Below are positions 24,001 to 36,659 of a stretch of DNA of 64,000 bases, in pieces. Position 1 is the first letter of the stretch. The number at the start of each line of letters is the position of its first letter. Under the pieces are notes generated by a model that searched no databases, had not been told where the DNA came from, and saw only the letters and a program-made list of their open reading frames with translations. Origin of the DNA: the human T2T-CHM13v2.0 reference genome, Homo sapiens; NCBI RefSeq assembly GCF_009914755.1, contig NC_060929.1; one strand, written 5' to 3'. Both the position numbers and the translations under genes were made by a program.

Positions 24001-26552
24001 AATATCCCTGATGAACACAGACACAAAAATCCTCAACAAAATACTCACAAATGAAACCCACCAGCACATCAAAGCGATAATACATTATGATCAAGTGGAA
24101 TTTATCCTAGGGATGCAAAAATGATTCAACATACACAAATCAATAAACATGATATATCACATCAACAGAATGAAGGACAAAAACCGTATGATTATCTCAA
24201 TAGATGAAGAAAATCATTTCATAAAATTCAACATCCCTTCATGATAAAAACTCTCAATGAACTGGGCAATAGAAGGAACATACCTTTACCTATAATAAAG
24301 GTCATATATGGCAAACCCACAGGTAACATCATACTGAATGGAGAAAAACTGAAAGCCTTTCCTCTAAAAACTGAAAGAAGACAAGGATGTCCACTTTTAC
24401 CACTCCTATTCAACATAGTACAGGAAGTCTTAACCAGAGCAATTAGGCAGGAGAAAAAAATAAAGGCATCCAAATTGGAAAGGAGAAAATCAAATTGCCC
24501 TTCTTGGCAGATGACATAATTTTATATTTAGAAAAACCTAGACTCTACCAAGAAACTGTTAGCCCTGATAAACAAAATCAGTAAAGTTGCAGGATACAAA
24601 ATCAACATACAAAAATCAGTAGCATTTCTATATACCAATAATGAACTCATTGAAAAAGAAATCAAGCAGACAATCTCATCTACAATAGCTACAAAAAATA
24701 ATAAAGTACCTAGGAATAAATTAAATGAAGGAGGTAAAAGAACTCTTTAAGGAAAGCTACAGAACACTGATGGAAGAAATTGAAGCAGACACAAATAAAT
24801 GGAAAAACATCCCGTGTTCATGATTGGAAGAATTAATACTTTTAAAAAGACCATACTACCCAAAGCAATCTACAGATTCAAAGCAATCCCTATCAAAATA
24901 CCAATGACATTTTTCACAGAAAAAGAAAAAAAATCATAAAATTCAAATAAAATTTCAAAAGAACCAAAATAGCCAAAGCAATGCTGAGCAAAAAGAGCAA
25001 AGCTGCAGGCGTCATACTACGTGACTTTAAAATATATTACAAGGCTGTAGTAACTAAAACATCATGGTGTTGGTATAAAAGCAGACACAAGGACCAGTGG
25101 AAGAGTATAGAGAACTCAGAAACAAATCCACATATTTATAGCCAAGAGATTTTTGACAAAAGGTGCCAAGGGCATACTTAGGGAAAGGGCACCCTCTACA
25201 ATAAACAGTGATGGGGAAACTGAATATCTATAAGTAGAAGAATGAATCTAGAGCCCTACCTCTCACCACATAAAAGAAAAACTCAAAATGGATTAAAAAT
25301 TTAAACATAAACCCCAAATTACAAATCTGGAAGAAAACGTAGGGAAAATTCTCCAGGACATTGATCTAGGCAAAGGTTTTATGACCAATAGCTCAAAAAT
25401 ATAGGTAACAAAAACAAAAATAGACAAATGGGACTGTATTAAACTAAAAAGCATCTGCACAACAAAGGAAACAATCAACAGAGGGAAGAGACAACCTGTT
25501 GAATGGGAAGAAATATTTGCAAACTGTTTTTTTGACAAGGGACTAGTATCCAGAATACACAAGGAACTCAAACAACACAATAGCAAAAATCAAATAATCC
25601 CATTAGAAAATGGACAAAGGATCTGAGTAGACATTTCTCACAGGAAGACATACAAAAGGCAAACAGGCACATGAAAAGAATGCTCAACATCACTAATCAG
25701 GAAAATGCCAACCAGAGCCACATGAGATATCATCTCACCCCAGTTGGAATGGCTACTATCAAAAAGACAAAAATAGCAGGTGCTGGCAAGACAGCCAAGA
25801 AAAAGGATCTCTTAGACACTGTTGGTGGGAATATAAATTAGTGCAGCCATTATGGAAAACAGTATGGAGGTTCCTCAAATAACTAAAAATAGAACTACCA
25901 TAAGATCCAGCCATACCACTACTGGATGTTGATCCAAAGGAAATAAAATCGGTATATCAAAGGGATACCTACAGGCCCATGTTTATTGCAGCACTATCCA
26001 CAATAACCAAGATAAGGAATCAACCTAAGTGTCCATCAACAGACGAATGAATAAAGAATATGTGGTATATATACACAATGGATTATTATTTGGGCATAAA
26101 AAAGAATGAAATATTGTCATTTGCTGAAACATGGGTGGAACTGGATGTCATTACGATAAGTGAAATAAGCCAGGCACAGAAAGACAAATTTTGCATGTTC
26201 TCACTCGTATTTGGGAGATAATAAAGTTGATCTTATGGAAGTAAAGTAGAATGATTGATAGATACCAGATGCTGGGAAGGGTGAAGAGGGGAATAAAAAG
26301 AGGTTGGCTAATGGGTATAAACAAGTTCTAATGTTTGATAGCAACGTAGGATGACTATAATTAATAGCAATGTATTGCATATTTCAACATAGCCAGAAGA
26401 GAGGACTTGAAATGTTCCCAATACATAGAAATGATAAGTGCTTGAGGTGATGGATTCCCTAAATACCGTGACTCTTGATCATTACATGTTCTATGCATGT
26501 AACAAAATATCACATGTACCTTATAAATATATAGGAATATTATGTATCAATA
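24001..26552 (+). mobile_element. 5'-truncated L1 (L1MA4-like), degenerate ORF2 RT/C-terminus plus 3'UTR
   Basis: ORF2 peptides [44 protein letters not shown] and FLADD (RT catalytic motif) lie in shifting frames with stops. L1MA-type 3'UTR GAGGACTTGAAATGTTCCCAATACATAGAAATGATAAG...TATTATGTATCAAT. Confidence 0.95.
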
Positions 26553-29500
26553 ATATATATAAAGATGACAGTTCCTTAATAAGCAGGAGGTGAAGCAGGT
26601 GGAAGTAGTAGGGGTGGAGACGGTTGTGGGAAATCCCACAACTTTTAGGGAGGGTAGAGAATTCCTTTGGTCACAGGGCTGGCCCAGCCAGTCTTGAGAT
26701 CCCAAGCAGTCTTGGGTCCTCTCAGGGATGCCTATAAATCAATTCACACAAGCCAGAGACTGCCTGTTGTAAATTGCCATAAAATATTTTTTAGTTAAAG
26801 AAAAAGAAGCAGCTCTGGCCCCTTTTGTTAAGTTACAAGACCCCATGCCTCCTGGCAGATCCCAAGAGAGACAAATTGCTGAAGAATAAGCTCTGTGCCC
26901 TGGCCTCCCACCTGTTGAACCCTCGGCTAGCCCTCTGTGAGCCTAGGCTGTTGCTATCGCCCTGGGACCAGTCATGAGGCTAAGTCTCCCTACAGGTGTG
27001 CCAGCAAGGCAGCAGGAGTCTGAAAAAGACAGAGCTTCGTATGGGGCCCCTTTTTGGACCTAGAAGCTGATCCAAGCTACATTATTATGAAAAGTTATTA
27101 ACTGATATTCAGTTACAGGATCATGGGCTGAACAAAGAATGAGGCCCGGTACAGCCAAAAACCATATGGTCTGGGAGGCTGCACACACCTGCGAGAGAAC
27201 AGGCAGGCCTGGTTAGGAACCGTCATCAACTCTAGGAAAGCCATAAAGTTTGGACTTGCTTCATGGCACTTTCTAATTAACTGTGCAGTGAGTTTTCTCC
27301 ACTTCTTTATAAAGGCCTGTGCCCCCTCCTCCACCTGGCTCCATCTCCCATGGCCCCCAACATGTGGGGAGAAGGTTCCCACTAAGACTTCTAGCACTCA
27401 GGCCATGGAAGATGTTGTAAATAGGAAAATAGCATTTACCTCTGTGTCCAAAGCAAAAATCGAGGTGAACCTCTCAGAAAGTTATCATAAGGAAATTATC
27501 CAAAAGGGGGAAAAAACCATAGTGCTTTTATATACCAGCAAGAAGCCAAAAGCCACTTGCCTTGATTAAGCGTAGAAAAGTGATTAAACCAATTCTATTT
27601 AGCCAATGGACTGGATTAGCAGAGAATAGAAAGATGAATGTAAATTCTATGTGACAACATGGAAAAGAATTTACCATATAATGTTCAGTTAAACGTAGAT
27701 GCAAAGATATATGTCTGCTATAATTGTGCTGGTAAAGTTACATATTCATGTGGCACTCAGTAGAATAGGATGAAAAAAACTGAAAGCAACTTGGCTGGTT
27801 TGCGGTAGGATTGTGGATGTTTTCTTCCTGCCTTTTACTTATAATTTTGTTAATGCTTTTGTACTGTTTGCATAATGCCCATTTAAAAATAAAGTGACAA
27901 GAAAAATAAAAGTAAAGATTATTATTTTAAAAAACAGGGTGGGGGTAGAAGAGAAACATAGATAGATAAGATGGTCAGAGCCAAACTTCCACCCAAGTTT
28001 TCCAGAACGCAGCCACATAAAGTTACTTTCATGAGGAAGAATTATTTTTCACCACTGCTCATCTGCATGAAAAAGAAGAAGAAAAATTAAAAGTGTCTTG
28101 GAAGGGAGCAGAGGTTTCCACGAGCTTCTTTGCTGGGTGGGGCGATGATTTGACCATAGAGAGACTGAAGTCATTGGTTGGCAGTTACCAGGGTGAAGCT
28201 GTTCCTGGCTTCACTCCATTTAACCTCTGCCATGTAAGCAGGAAGATAAATGTCAACCAAGCACAAAACAAGGCCCCCCAGTGCCCAGGCAGATGCTTGT
28301 GTCCCAACAGCTGCAGGGGGAATGGCAGGGAAGATTTGCAAAGAATTCCCAGAAAGCAGCTCTTGGCCACTTCTCAGCCGGGGTCCCAGCTCTGGGTCAG
28401 AGCCCCTGATGCTTTCCTGGAAGGCTTGGCTGCTAGTTGCCTGTCTCCTGGAATGGCAAAGCTGTGGTGCCCAGGTCCCAGCCCACCATGTGCTTTTTGA
28501 AAGGAATTGCCTTACAGGAGCTCAGAATTTTACTCTTGGTCAATTAAAAGATACATTTCTACTGTCTCGGGATTCGTGTAAACCTGGAGCTGGGGGCTGG
28601 CCACTTCTATTAAACTTGAGGATTGAATTAAATAGGTCTTATACTTAAAGTTCAAGAGATTCTTTAGAAGAAGAAAGCTCACCTGGGGGCTAGGTATTCA
28701 TCCTGTATGACTCTGGGTGTGAGAGGAAGACTCAGAGGAAGGGATTGTGCCTTCCAGGGCGGGGGACTGAGTGTGGGAAGGGTCAGGGGAAAGGGTACTT
28801 CAGAGGATGAGACAAGCTTATAAAATAGCTTCTATTCCAGCCCCAGAAGGGAGGCGGCCGCACCGTGTAATATTTCCAGTTAAGGGAAACACATAAATGC
28901 TCAAGAAACAGCCTGGAACCATCAGGGTTGTAACTCCTGGCTGCAGCACCCGGAAGGGAGGGAGCAAAAGGAGCCACGCAAGAGTAATTAGGCAATTGCT
29001 GACCACAGCTCTGAACCTGCAGTCACTGATAAACACAACATAAGTTTTTAAGGGGCCACTCTGCATGGAACACAACTTTGATATCTGAGAAGCAGTCAGA
29101 CTTTGCCCTTATGAGGAATCAACTTAAAGCTTGTAAAATACACCTGTGATTCTAGCATGATTTTTTTTTTCTTTTTTAGGCAAATAAGCTGCTGCCTCCT
29201 GGCTGCTCTGCAGTTTCTAAAGCCATTTGCATGTCTTCTTTTGAGGAATTGGCCTCTTGGTGCTTCAGGGAGGCTTTTGAGACAGTGAAAATAGTTTTAC
29301 CAGTTGCTGCCTCCCAGTCACTCAGGGGTGATATTAAATCTGGGGGCAGTTAACACTCCCTTGAGAAATAAATCAGGGAGATGAAAGTCTCTCTTAAGCC
29401 CTACAAGACTCTCTGCTTTCAGGCATCTTCAATGTTTAAAAAACCTCTCCCTCACTCTCATTTCATGGCATTTCTCTTTGTGTTTCAGCAGACAGATGGA

Positions 29501-30019
29501 AGAGAGGATCTTCATGGGGATTTCCACTGGAAGCAGGTCCAAAGGAAGAAATCCTGCATTCCCAGAATATATTGTTCTTTCCTGTCCTTTGCTCAAATCT
29601 TCCCAAATTCTTGCATTTTGCAGCTGAGCATCTTGAGGGGAAAAAAAGAAAAAGAAAAACTAGGAAAATCAAATGTAAACATAATGTATAGATTATATTG
29701 TCAAATTGAAAATCAAATCAGAAACGTAATAGCTTTTATTTTTTTTCCTTCTTTTTATCCTTTTTCAAATGGAGATTAAGTCTTACACTCAGAAACATTA
29801 AGTCATACTGAAGATACAGACCATCTATTCCTGATCTTAGGACTGCCACAGATGTGTTGGCATCCAGAATACACTCCCATTCTCTACCTGCAATGCCCTG
29901 CCCTCTATTTCCAAACATCCAACTCCTACCGGTTCCTCCATAGTCAGCTTCTAATGCCCCACCCTCCTTGAAATTTTCTCTGATTTTCCTAGTACCACAG
30001 GTATGAGAGACTTCATAGT

Positions 30020-30262
30020 GTCCTGGTTAGTAGCACAGATGCTGAATCCAGTCTTCCTGTGTTCACATCTCAGCACTGCCTCTGGACATCTGTGCAACCA
30101 TGTACAAGTTGCCCAGCCTCTCTGTGTACAAGTCTCTTCTCCTACAAAATAAAGACACAAGTGGAATCCACTTCACAGTTCTAAAATTAAGTGTTTTGAT
30201 ATACTTGAAACACTTTCAAGAGTGCCTTACCTATAGTAATCACTCAAGTATTAGCTACTATT
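30020..30262 (+). mobile_element. MIR
   Basis: ACAAGTTGCCCAGCCTCTCTGTG...CCTACAAAAT...GTGCCTTACCTATAGTAATCACTCAA. Confidence 0.7.
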
Positions 30263-30804
30263 AATACTCTATTACCTTTTTTATTTCTCATGGGAGTATC
30301 TGAATGCTTTTTATTGGCACCCATTTTTGTAAGATATTTTGCCTGTATTCTTATTTGAAACCATATTTTATCTTCCATCTCTTAAGGGAAAATTTGGGGC
30401 TCCATTCTGTTTTCCTTAAAGTCATCTGGTAGAAAAGATGGATTGACTACCAAGCTCGAGAGCAAATAAAAATGGTGTGTTAGGCCACACAGCCTCCTTG
30501 ACATCTGGAATCGAGGTACAGAGAGGCAAAATTAAAGGAAGTATCACAGAAGACTTGAGTTGTGAGCAGAGTATATAAGGAAAGAAGGGCATGAAATGAC
30601 GAGAGAGAAAGATTGCAGGGTTCAAAGAAAAATGTGTGGAAAGGCAGGGTACCACCGGGTCGGGCGTGTGTAGAGTGAGGGATTGAGGGAATGGTGGAAA
30701 AAATTTTTACCAAGACTCTAACCTAAGGGACCACTGTGATTTTTTAGAAAAAAAAAACCAACAGCTTCCTTTGGCATCCAAGTAACCACGGCTTCTGTGT
30801 CTTT

Positions 30805-30817
30805 CCAGGGGGCGCTG
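30805..30817 (+). promoter_or_regulatory. candidate CTCF binding site
   Basis: CCAGGGGGCGCTG matches the 3' core of the CTCF motif (CCACCAGGGGGCGC) with the CpG retained. The upstream CC is replaced by TT. Confidence 0.5.
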
Positions 30818-31519
30818 CTTTTCACCCTGCCCAGTTCCTTCCAAAGCACCTCCACTTTTGCCAAGGGCAGAGGAAAACAAACCCATGGACCTCTGTGCTG
30901 CCCACTCGCACTCTCTCAATGACACCTGCTGCCCTCCTCCACCTCCATTCCCTACCCTCAGCTCCACTCGGAGCCACTCCTAGTCCTGAGCCCTGCTGGA
31001 TTCTCCCTGCCAACCTTGCCCTCCCCCAACCCCTGCCAGGCAGTGCAGCTTCCCTGTGGGATACCCTTGGTGCCAGGCAGATGTTCTCTCCCATGCCAGC
31101 AGAAAGAATGAGCTCCCATGGGTGGCCTCTTGCGTGCTCTCCCTCTGTACCCAATTGGGGAGGTTCCCTGTGCTCTGAACCACTCATGAGGCTAGGACTC
31201 AAAGATATCAAAGCAGGTGGGTATGCGCGTGTGCCAACACTTCAGGAAGGGACTAGATCCTGAGTATCCATGTTAGTGAGAACACCAAAGATCATCCGGT
31301 TGAGCCCCTCATTTTAGAAATGTGGAAAGGAGGCTCAAAGACACACGACCTGCTGCATGTCACACAGCAACTTTGCTGCAAAGCTAAGGCTCCTTTCATT
31401 CCTTTAACCTGTGGGAAAACCCCTTCCAATTCAGATGCTGTTGTTTTCTTCTCTCTGGTCTCATTTCCCATATTGAAATTATACTGAGTTTTAATGAGTA
31501 GAATGTCAAAAGCATTTAG

Positions 31520-31727
31520 AAATATGATCTTCAAACTCTTTTGACCATGACCCACAGCAACAAATAAATTTTTTTCATTAGCCAGCATATATAACTGAAT
31601 GAAAGGGTTTGTGATTCAGTACTTATCCTTCCTAACTGTGATGCATAATGGTATTTTTCTATTGCTGGGAAATGTTGGTTAGGCCCACTAAATTGAATTC
31701 AGGACAGACAATTTAGAAAACATTGAC
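31520..31727. mobile_element. hAT-Charlie-type non-autonomous DNA transposon fragment
   Basis: TCAAACTCTTTTGACCATGACCCACAG...TACTTATCCTT...CCCACTAAATTGA...TTTAGAAAACATTG. Confidence 0.55.
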
Positions 31728-31735
31728 TTGGGAAG

Positions 31736-32205
31736 TGTCTTTATGTGGGAACCACACAAGAGCAGATGAGACAAGGACTTTACTCAGCAGGTGAGTCCAG
31801 GAAACACCAAAGTGGGGGTGAGAAAAATAAGATGGGAAAAGAGAAAAGCCACAGGCCACTTGTGTAGGTAAACTGAGCCTCAATCCCACGAGGACCCTCT
31901 AAGAAACTGTTTAGCATGCACCCTGAAATTATCCCACCATGGTTGGGGGACCCCAGGTACTTATCCATGGACTTCATAGCCTTATGTTGAGGATTTTCAC
32001 TGGGAATATTAAATCCATAAAACTGCTGCACTGCTCTGGGAGTGAGGCCACAGAAAGCCCTCAGGCAGAGAGAAGCAGAGAAAAGCAGAGGGTCTAGGTG
32101 TTTGGGGCGGGAAGCTGTCAGCTGCAGAAGCCATCCACTTCTGCTGCAGGTGAACTCAGGGTGGCGGGAAAGGGACCTGGAGGTGTGTTAACAGCAGCTG
32201 CTGCA
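31736..32205 (-). mobile_element. LTR16-like ERVL LTR
   Basis: TGAGACAAGGA...CCAGGAAACACC, CTCAATCCCACGAGGACCCTCT, AGAAAGCCCTCAGGCAGAG, GGGAAGCTGTCAGC. Confidence 0.7.
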
Positions 32206-32279
32206 GAAAATACCATGTTGTCTGAGGCTGCTGTGCCCTCCTGTAAAGCATCCTTACTTGGTTTCAAAAGGAAAAAGCC

Positions 32280-32563
32280 GACAGAGCACGGTGGCTCACG
32301 CCTGTAATCCCAGCACTTTGGGAGGCTGAGGTGGGCAGATCACCCGAGGTTGGGAGTTTGAGACCAGCCTGACCAACATGGAGAAACCCCGTCTCTACTA
32401 AAAATGCAAAATTAGGCGTAGTGGCGCATGCCTGTAATCCCAGCTATGCAGGAGAATCACTTGAACCCAGGAGGCAGAGGTTGCGGTGAGCCGAGGTTGA
32501 GCCATTGCACTCCAGCCTGTACAACAAGAGTGAAACTCTATCTCAAAAAAAAAAAAAAAGGAA
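32280..32563 (+). mobile_element. AluSp-like, with short deletion in right arm
   Basis: Sp-type diagnostics CCTGACCAACATGGAGAAACCCC, GTTGCGGTGAGCCG, GCCATTGCAC, ACAACAAGAG. Perfect 14-bp TSD AAAAGGAAAAAGCC (32266-32279 / 32564-32577). Confidence 0.95.
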
Positions 32564-33169
32564 AAAAGGAAAAAGCCAAAAAGTGCCATGTAAGTAGAAA
32601 AGAAAGGGTTAACAAAATGAGAGATGCTGTTAGAGTCAGTTAATCCAGGAAACATACCAAACACTCCCTTCTCGTTTTTCACTTCATTGTAATATTGCTG
32701 ACTTAAAGAAAAGGCCAGGAGAAAATTAACTGCATTCTGTAATCAAACTGTGTAGAATATTGCTGCTTGAAATGTTATGATCTGAAATGTCTGTGACTAT
32801 AAATCCAGACCTTAATGATATAAAGATTTTGACTGCAGATTTTTGTCATCTATTTTTGGTTTTCTACCCACATATCTGGATGTCCAACAGCTAGGCACCT
32901 CTGTGATACTTGGGCCTGTAGAGTGATCCAGGAAGCCAAACAGAAGGCACTCACATATTTATTATCTAAAAAAACTTCGAAGCCCGTAAGGTTGAAAGAC
33001 TCCATATAACTACAAATTGTCATCATACTACAAATATGTCTGGATAGACAAGTCCAATGGAAGACTGCATTTTCACCAAGGACTAGGTCCTCCTGTTCAT
33101 TGATTGAACACACATTTCAAATTTCCCAAGCCTGGCATGTTTACACCCCAGCATGTGCAGTCCATCTGG

Positions 33170-33350
33170 AACATATGGACAGGGGAGGCGGACAGGCTCT
33201 GGAGCTGCTGGGGAAAGAGGCCTGGATGCTTGGCTCACTTCTGCCTGTAGCTTGTTGCCTTGGACAAGTTCTCTGAACCCAGTTTTTCTGAATCAAGAAA
33301 GCACTTTGAAGGGTAAGAAAGGGCTATGTCCTAGTCCTGGATAAAGGATC
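33170..33350 (+). mobile_element. MIR
   Basis: CAGGCTCTGGAGC...CCTTGGACAAGTT CTCTGAACCCAGTTTTTC. Confidence 0.6.
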
Positions 33351-34214
33351 AAACAGAGAATTGCATCTTCTTAGTTGCATAATTTGCGATGCCCCACTGG
33401 TCACTGCCTTGACCTTTCTATCCAATTTTCAGATGCATAAACTACAAATGAAACCAGATATTGGAAAAAAGTATCAGGGCTTATTAAAATGGGACTCTCT
33501 GTCTTGCTTTTCATAATCATCTTGCTTTAAGCTCCATACAAGATCTGAAAAAATGGATATGCTCTCTTTTTATGCTTATTTTTATCACCATTGTTATCAT
33601 CTACTCCCATACCAGCACACTTACTGAGTGCCTACAGTGCACAAAGCATTGTGCTAAGTAATCAATGGGGATTCAAGGCCCAATAGTCACAGTTCTCAAG
33701 AGGATTTTATTGAAAGTTAAAACTTACATGTATAAATAGAGATATAACATCATGAGGTATCATGTGATAAAGACAAGATAAGTGGCCTGAATAGCTGATG
33801 CCATCAAAGGTTAGAAAAGCCCTTCTGGTAAAGCAGGCTAATATCCTGTGATTTGCACTAACCCTCAACAACCATTCCTTCTCTTTTTAATATTTACAAC
33901 CAGTTCTCCACTGGATACTTCTTATAAGATTTTAAAAGGCTCAAGCATTTTCTATTCAAAACAAAATTCTCACCAGGCCCCTTCTGACTAACTGCTACTA
34001 TCCTGAGGCTAGCATCTCAAGTGTCATCACCCTCACTCTCCCCATTTCCTCCCTTCTCACTTACTCCACAACTGTTTGCAACCTGACTGCCACCCTGAAA
34101 CAGCTGTCCTTAGGGTTACCAGTCACCAGCCTGCTATGAAATCCCAGGGACACTCTACAGTCTTCATTCTTCTTGACTTCTCAGCAATCCTAATCACTTC
34201 CACCTTTCATTCTT

Positions 34215-34511
34215 TTTTTTTTCTTTTTGACAGAGTCTCACTCTGTCGCCCAGGCTGGAGTTCAGTGGCACTATCTCGGCTCACTGCAACCTCTGTCTCC
34301 TGGGTTCAAGTGATCCTCCTGCCTCAGTCTCCTGAGCAGCTGGGACTACAGGTGCACACCACCATGCCCAGCTAATTTTTTTGTACTTTTAATAGAGATG
34401 GAGTTTCACCATGTTGGTCAGCCTGGTCTCGAACTCCTGACCTCAAATGATCTGCCTGCCTTGGCCTCCCAAACTGCTGAGAATTACAGGCATGAGCCAC
34501 CTCACTCGGCC
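34215..34511 (-). mobile_element. AluS (Sz/Sx-like)
   Basis: Full antisense Alu with T-tail. Perfect 12-bp TSD CCTTTCATTCTT (34203-34214 / 34512-34523). Confidence 0.96.
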
Positions 34512-34916
34512 CCTTTCATTCTTAAATAAGCTCTTTTATGGCATAGAATATAATATTATAAAGTGCAAAAATCATGAACATAAATGTTTACAAAATGAAC
34601 ATACCTTTGTAACCACCATTTGGATAAATAGGGTATCGCCAGACCCCTAGAAACCCCTGTCCTGGTGTCACTTTCCAGTCACTACTCCTACTGAGAGGTA
34701 ACCACAAACAGTGGATGCTGTGGTGTGCCCCCCAGGCCCCCTCCACGACTCAAGCATTTATTCCCCTACTAGGAGTGTTGGCTACTAGCTGCTCTTAGCC
34801 TAGTCCCACTCGAAGACTTCCCTGGGTAAAGAGAGCCTTACCCAGGGTCCTGCACCATTCCTCAAGGTGTCTCACATCCAGTGACCAGTTGATCGTAAAC
34901 GACTGGGATGTAAAGG

Positions 34917-34921
<5 letters not shown>

Positions 34922-34960
<39 letters not shown>
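34922..34960. repeat. (TG)19 microsatellite
   Basis: Perfect TG run at the tail position of the antisense Alu monomer. Confidence 0.98.
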
Positions 34961-34962
<2 letters not shown>

Positions 34963-35107
34963 AAAGACAAGGTCTCACTTCACTCTGTTGCCCAGGCTGG
35001 AGTGCAGTGGTATGATCATTGCAGCCTCAACCTCCTGGGCTCAAGTGATACTCCCACTTTGGCCTCCCAAAACACTGGGATTATAGGTGTGAGTCATCAT
35101 GCCCAGC
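34961..35107 (-). mobile_element. Alu monomer (FRAM / collapsed AluJ)
   Basis: Single ~150-bp unit with J-type GCAGCCTCAACCTCCTGGGCTCAAG. Confidence 0.9.
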
Positions 35108-35911
35108 TGCCATCATCATTAGAAAGCTCCCCTTTAGGTTAGCTGAGGCCCTGGTTGTGACTTCATCACAGTTCACCTTTTCCTTCTGACCTTCACAGCA
35201 TCCTTCATTCACTCTCATGGGCTGACCCTCAGGTCACACCCCAATTGACTTACTGCACACAAATCTCTGCTTCCTGGGGAATCTAAGATGTGATACCACA
35301 GACTAACTGCTAACATAGATTGCTTCACATGACTTTGAACTTTATAATAAATTACACAGTGTGTGCTTTTATGTGCCTGGTTTCTTTTGTTTAACATTCT
35401 GTGAGATTCATACATGTTGTACATAACAGTAGTTTGCTCTTTATTGTAGTATCATTTATGATATTCTTTAAATAAATGTGCCACAGCATAGTTATAATTT
35501 TTCTGTTTATGGCCTTTTAAGTATTTTCTAATTTTTGGTTATCATGAATAATACTGCAATAAACATTTGTGTACCTATCTTTTGGTGCTTATAAATAAGA
35601 ATTTCTGTTGGGCATATGCCTAGAGGTATAATCGTGTTATATAAGGTATATTTATGTTCGGATGTAGTGAATATTGCTGAGGAGTATTCAAATTATCTTA
35701 CCACTTTATACTCCAATTAGAAGAGCATGAGACTTCCCATTGGATTTGCTATCTGGCCCTTTATAGAAAAGGCTGGCCAATCCCTGAACTAAGCCAAAGA
35801 ATGAGAGGAGCACAAGTATTAAGGCAGAAAAACACCTGATATATCTTCAAGCAAGGGTAAGAACACCAGTTTGTTTAGGTAGATAAGACTAGGTAGAAAT
35901 ACAGTTTGGAT

Positions 35912-36246
35912 CAGAGATCAGCAAACTTTTTCTATAAAGGGCCAGATTGTGAATTTAGGCTTTGCAGGCCTTATGGTCTCTGTTGCAACATTCAACTCTG
36001 CCATTGTAGCTCAAAAGCAGTCACAAAAAATAAGCAAAAAAATGAGAGTGGGTATATCCCAATAAACCTTAATTAAGGACACTAAAATTTGAATTTTATA
36101 TCATTTTAATGTTGTCACAAAGTATTACTCTTCTTTTGATTTTGTCCAACCATTAAAAATTTATAAGGAACATTCTTATCTTGTGGGGTAAACACAAACG
36201 GGCAGTGGGCTGGGCTCGGCCCTTGGGCCATAGTTTGCTGACCCTT
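35912..36246 (+). mobile_element. MER58B (hAT-Charlie)
   Basis: CAGAGATCAGCAAACTTTTTCTATAAAGGGCCAGAT...GGACACTAAAATTTGAATTT...GGGCCATAGTTTGCTGACCC. About 335 bp. Confidence 0.88.
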
Positions 36247-36249
36247 TTC

Positions 36250-36655
36250 GTAGATGGTGGAGGTCTAAATAATCTCAACTTATTTGATAAACAAAACATT
36301 TAGCATTCTGGGGGGAATGGTATGATGTATACAAAGCAGTGTTTCAGGGACTCTGAGCTGATTGCGGTATTTAGGATGAATTGGGGAGGGAGAGATTGGA
36401 GGTTGGATGACCAGTTAGGGGGCAGCATGGGTAGACCTAGTAAGGGTTGGTAAGGATCTGTCACCTGGTGATGACAGAGAGAGTGTGGTGAAAGAGATGG
36501 GGCATATGCAAGAGGATATTAAGAAGAGGTAAGAAAAAGATTTGGTGACTGGTGAGAGAGAAAGAAAGAAGACTCGGTGCCTAGCGCCAGGATTTTCAGC
36601 ATGGGAGACAGGGTGAAGAGTTTGATGATAAAATGGTTGAGAGACATTAGAGATC
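36250..36655 (-). mobile_element. L2 fragment
   Basis: GATTGGAGG...GACCAGTTAGG, GATTTGGTGACTG, CCAGGATTTTCAGC. Confidence 0.65.
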
Positions 36656-36659
36656 AATA

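Larger units (their letters stand above)
34712..35295 (+). mobile_element. LTR16A-like ERVL LTR, interrupted by (TG)n and an Alu monomer
   Basis: GGATGCTGTGGTGTGCC...GCATTTATTCCCC at the start; GCTGAGGCC...CTGCACACAAATCTCTGCTTCCTGGGGAATC at the end. Confidence 0.7.
34525..35745 (-). mobile_element. old L1ME-like 3' end, split by an LTR insertion (pieces ~34525-34710 and ~35297-35745)
   Basis: AAAGTGCA...TGTAACCACCA...GAGGTAACCAC resumes after the LTR with TTTGAACTTTATA...TGTGAGATTCATACATGTTG...ATTTCTGTTGGGCATATGCCTAG. Confidence 0.75.

Noticed and set aside
23909-25586. ORFs with reverse-transcriptase-like peptides
   Set aside because: Frameshifted, stop-containing fragments of a 5'-truncated L1 ORF2; not a functional gene.
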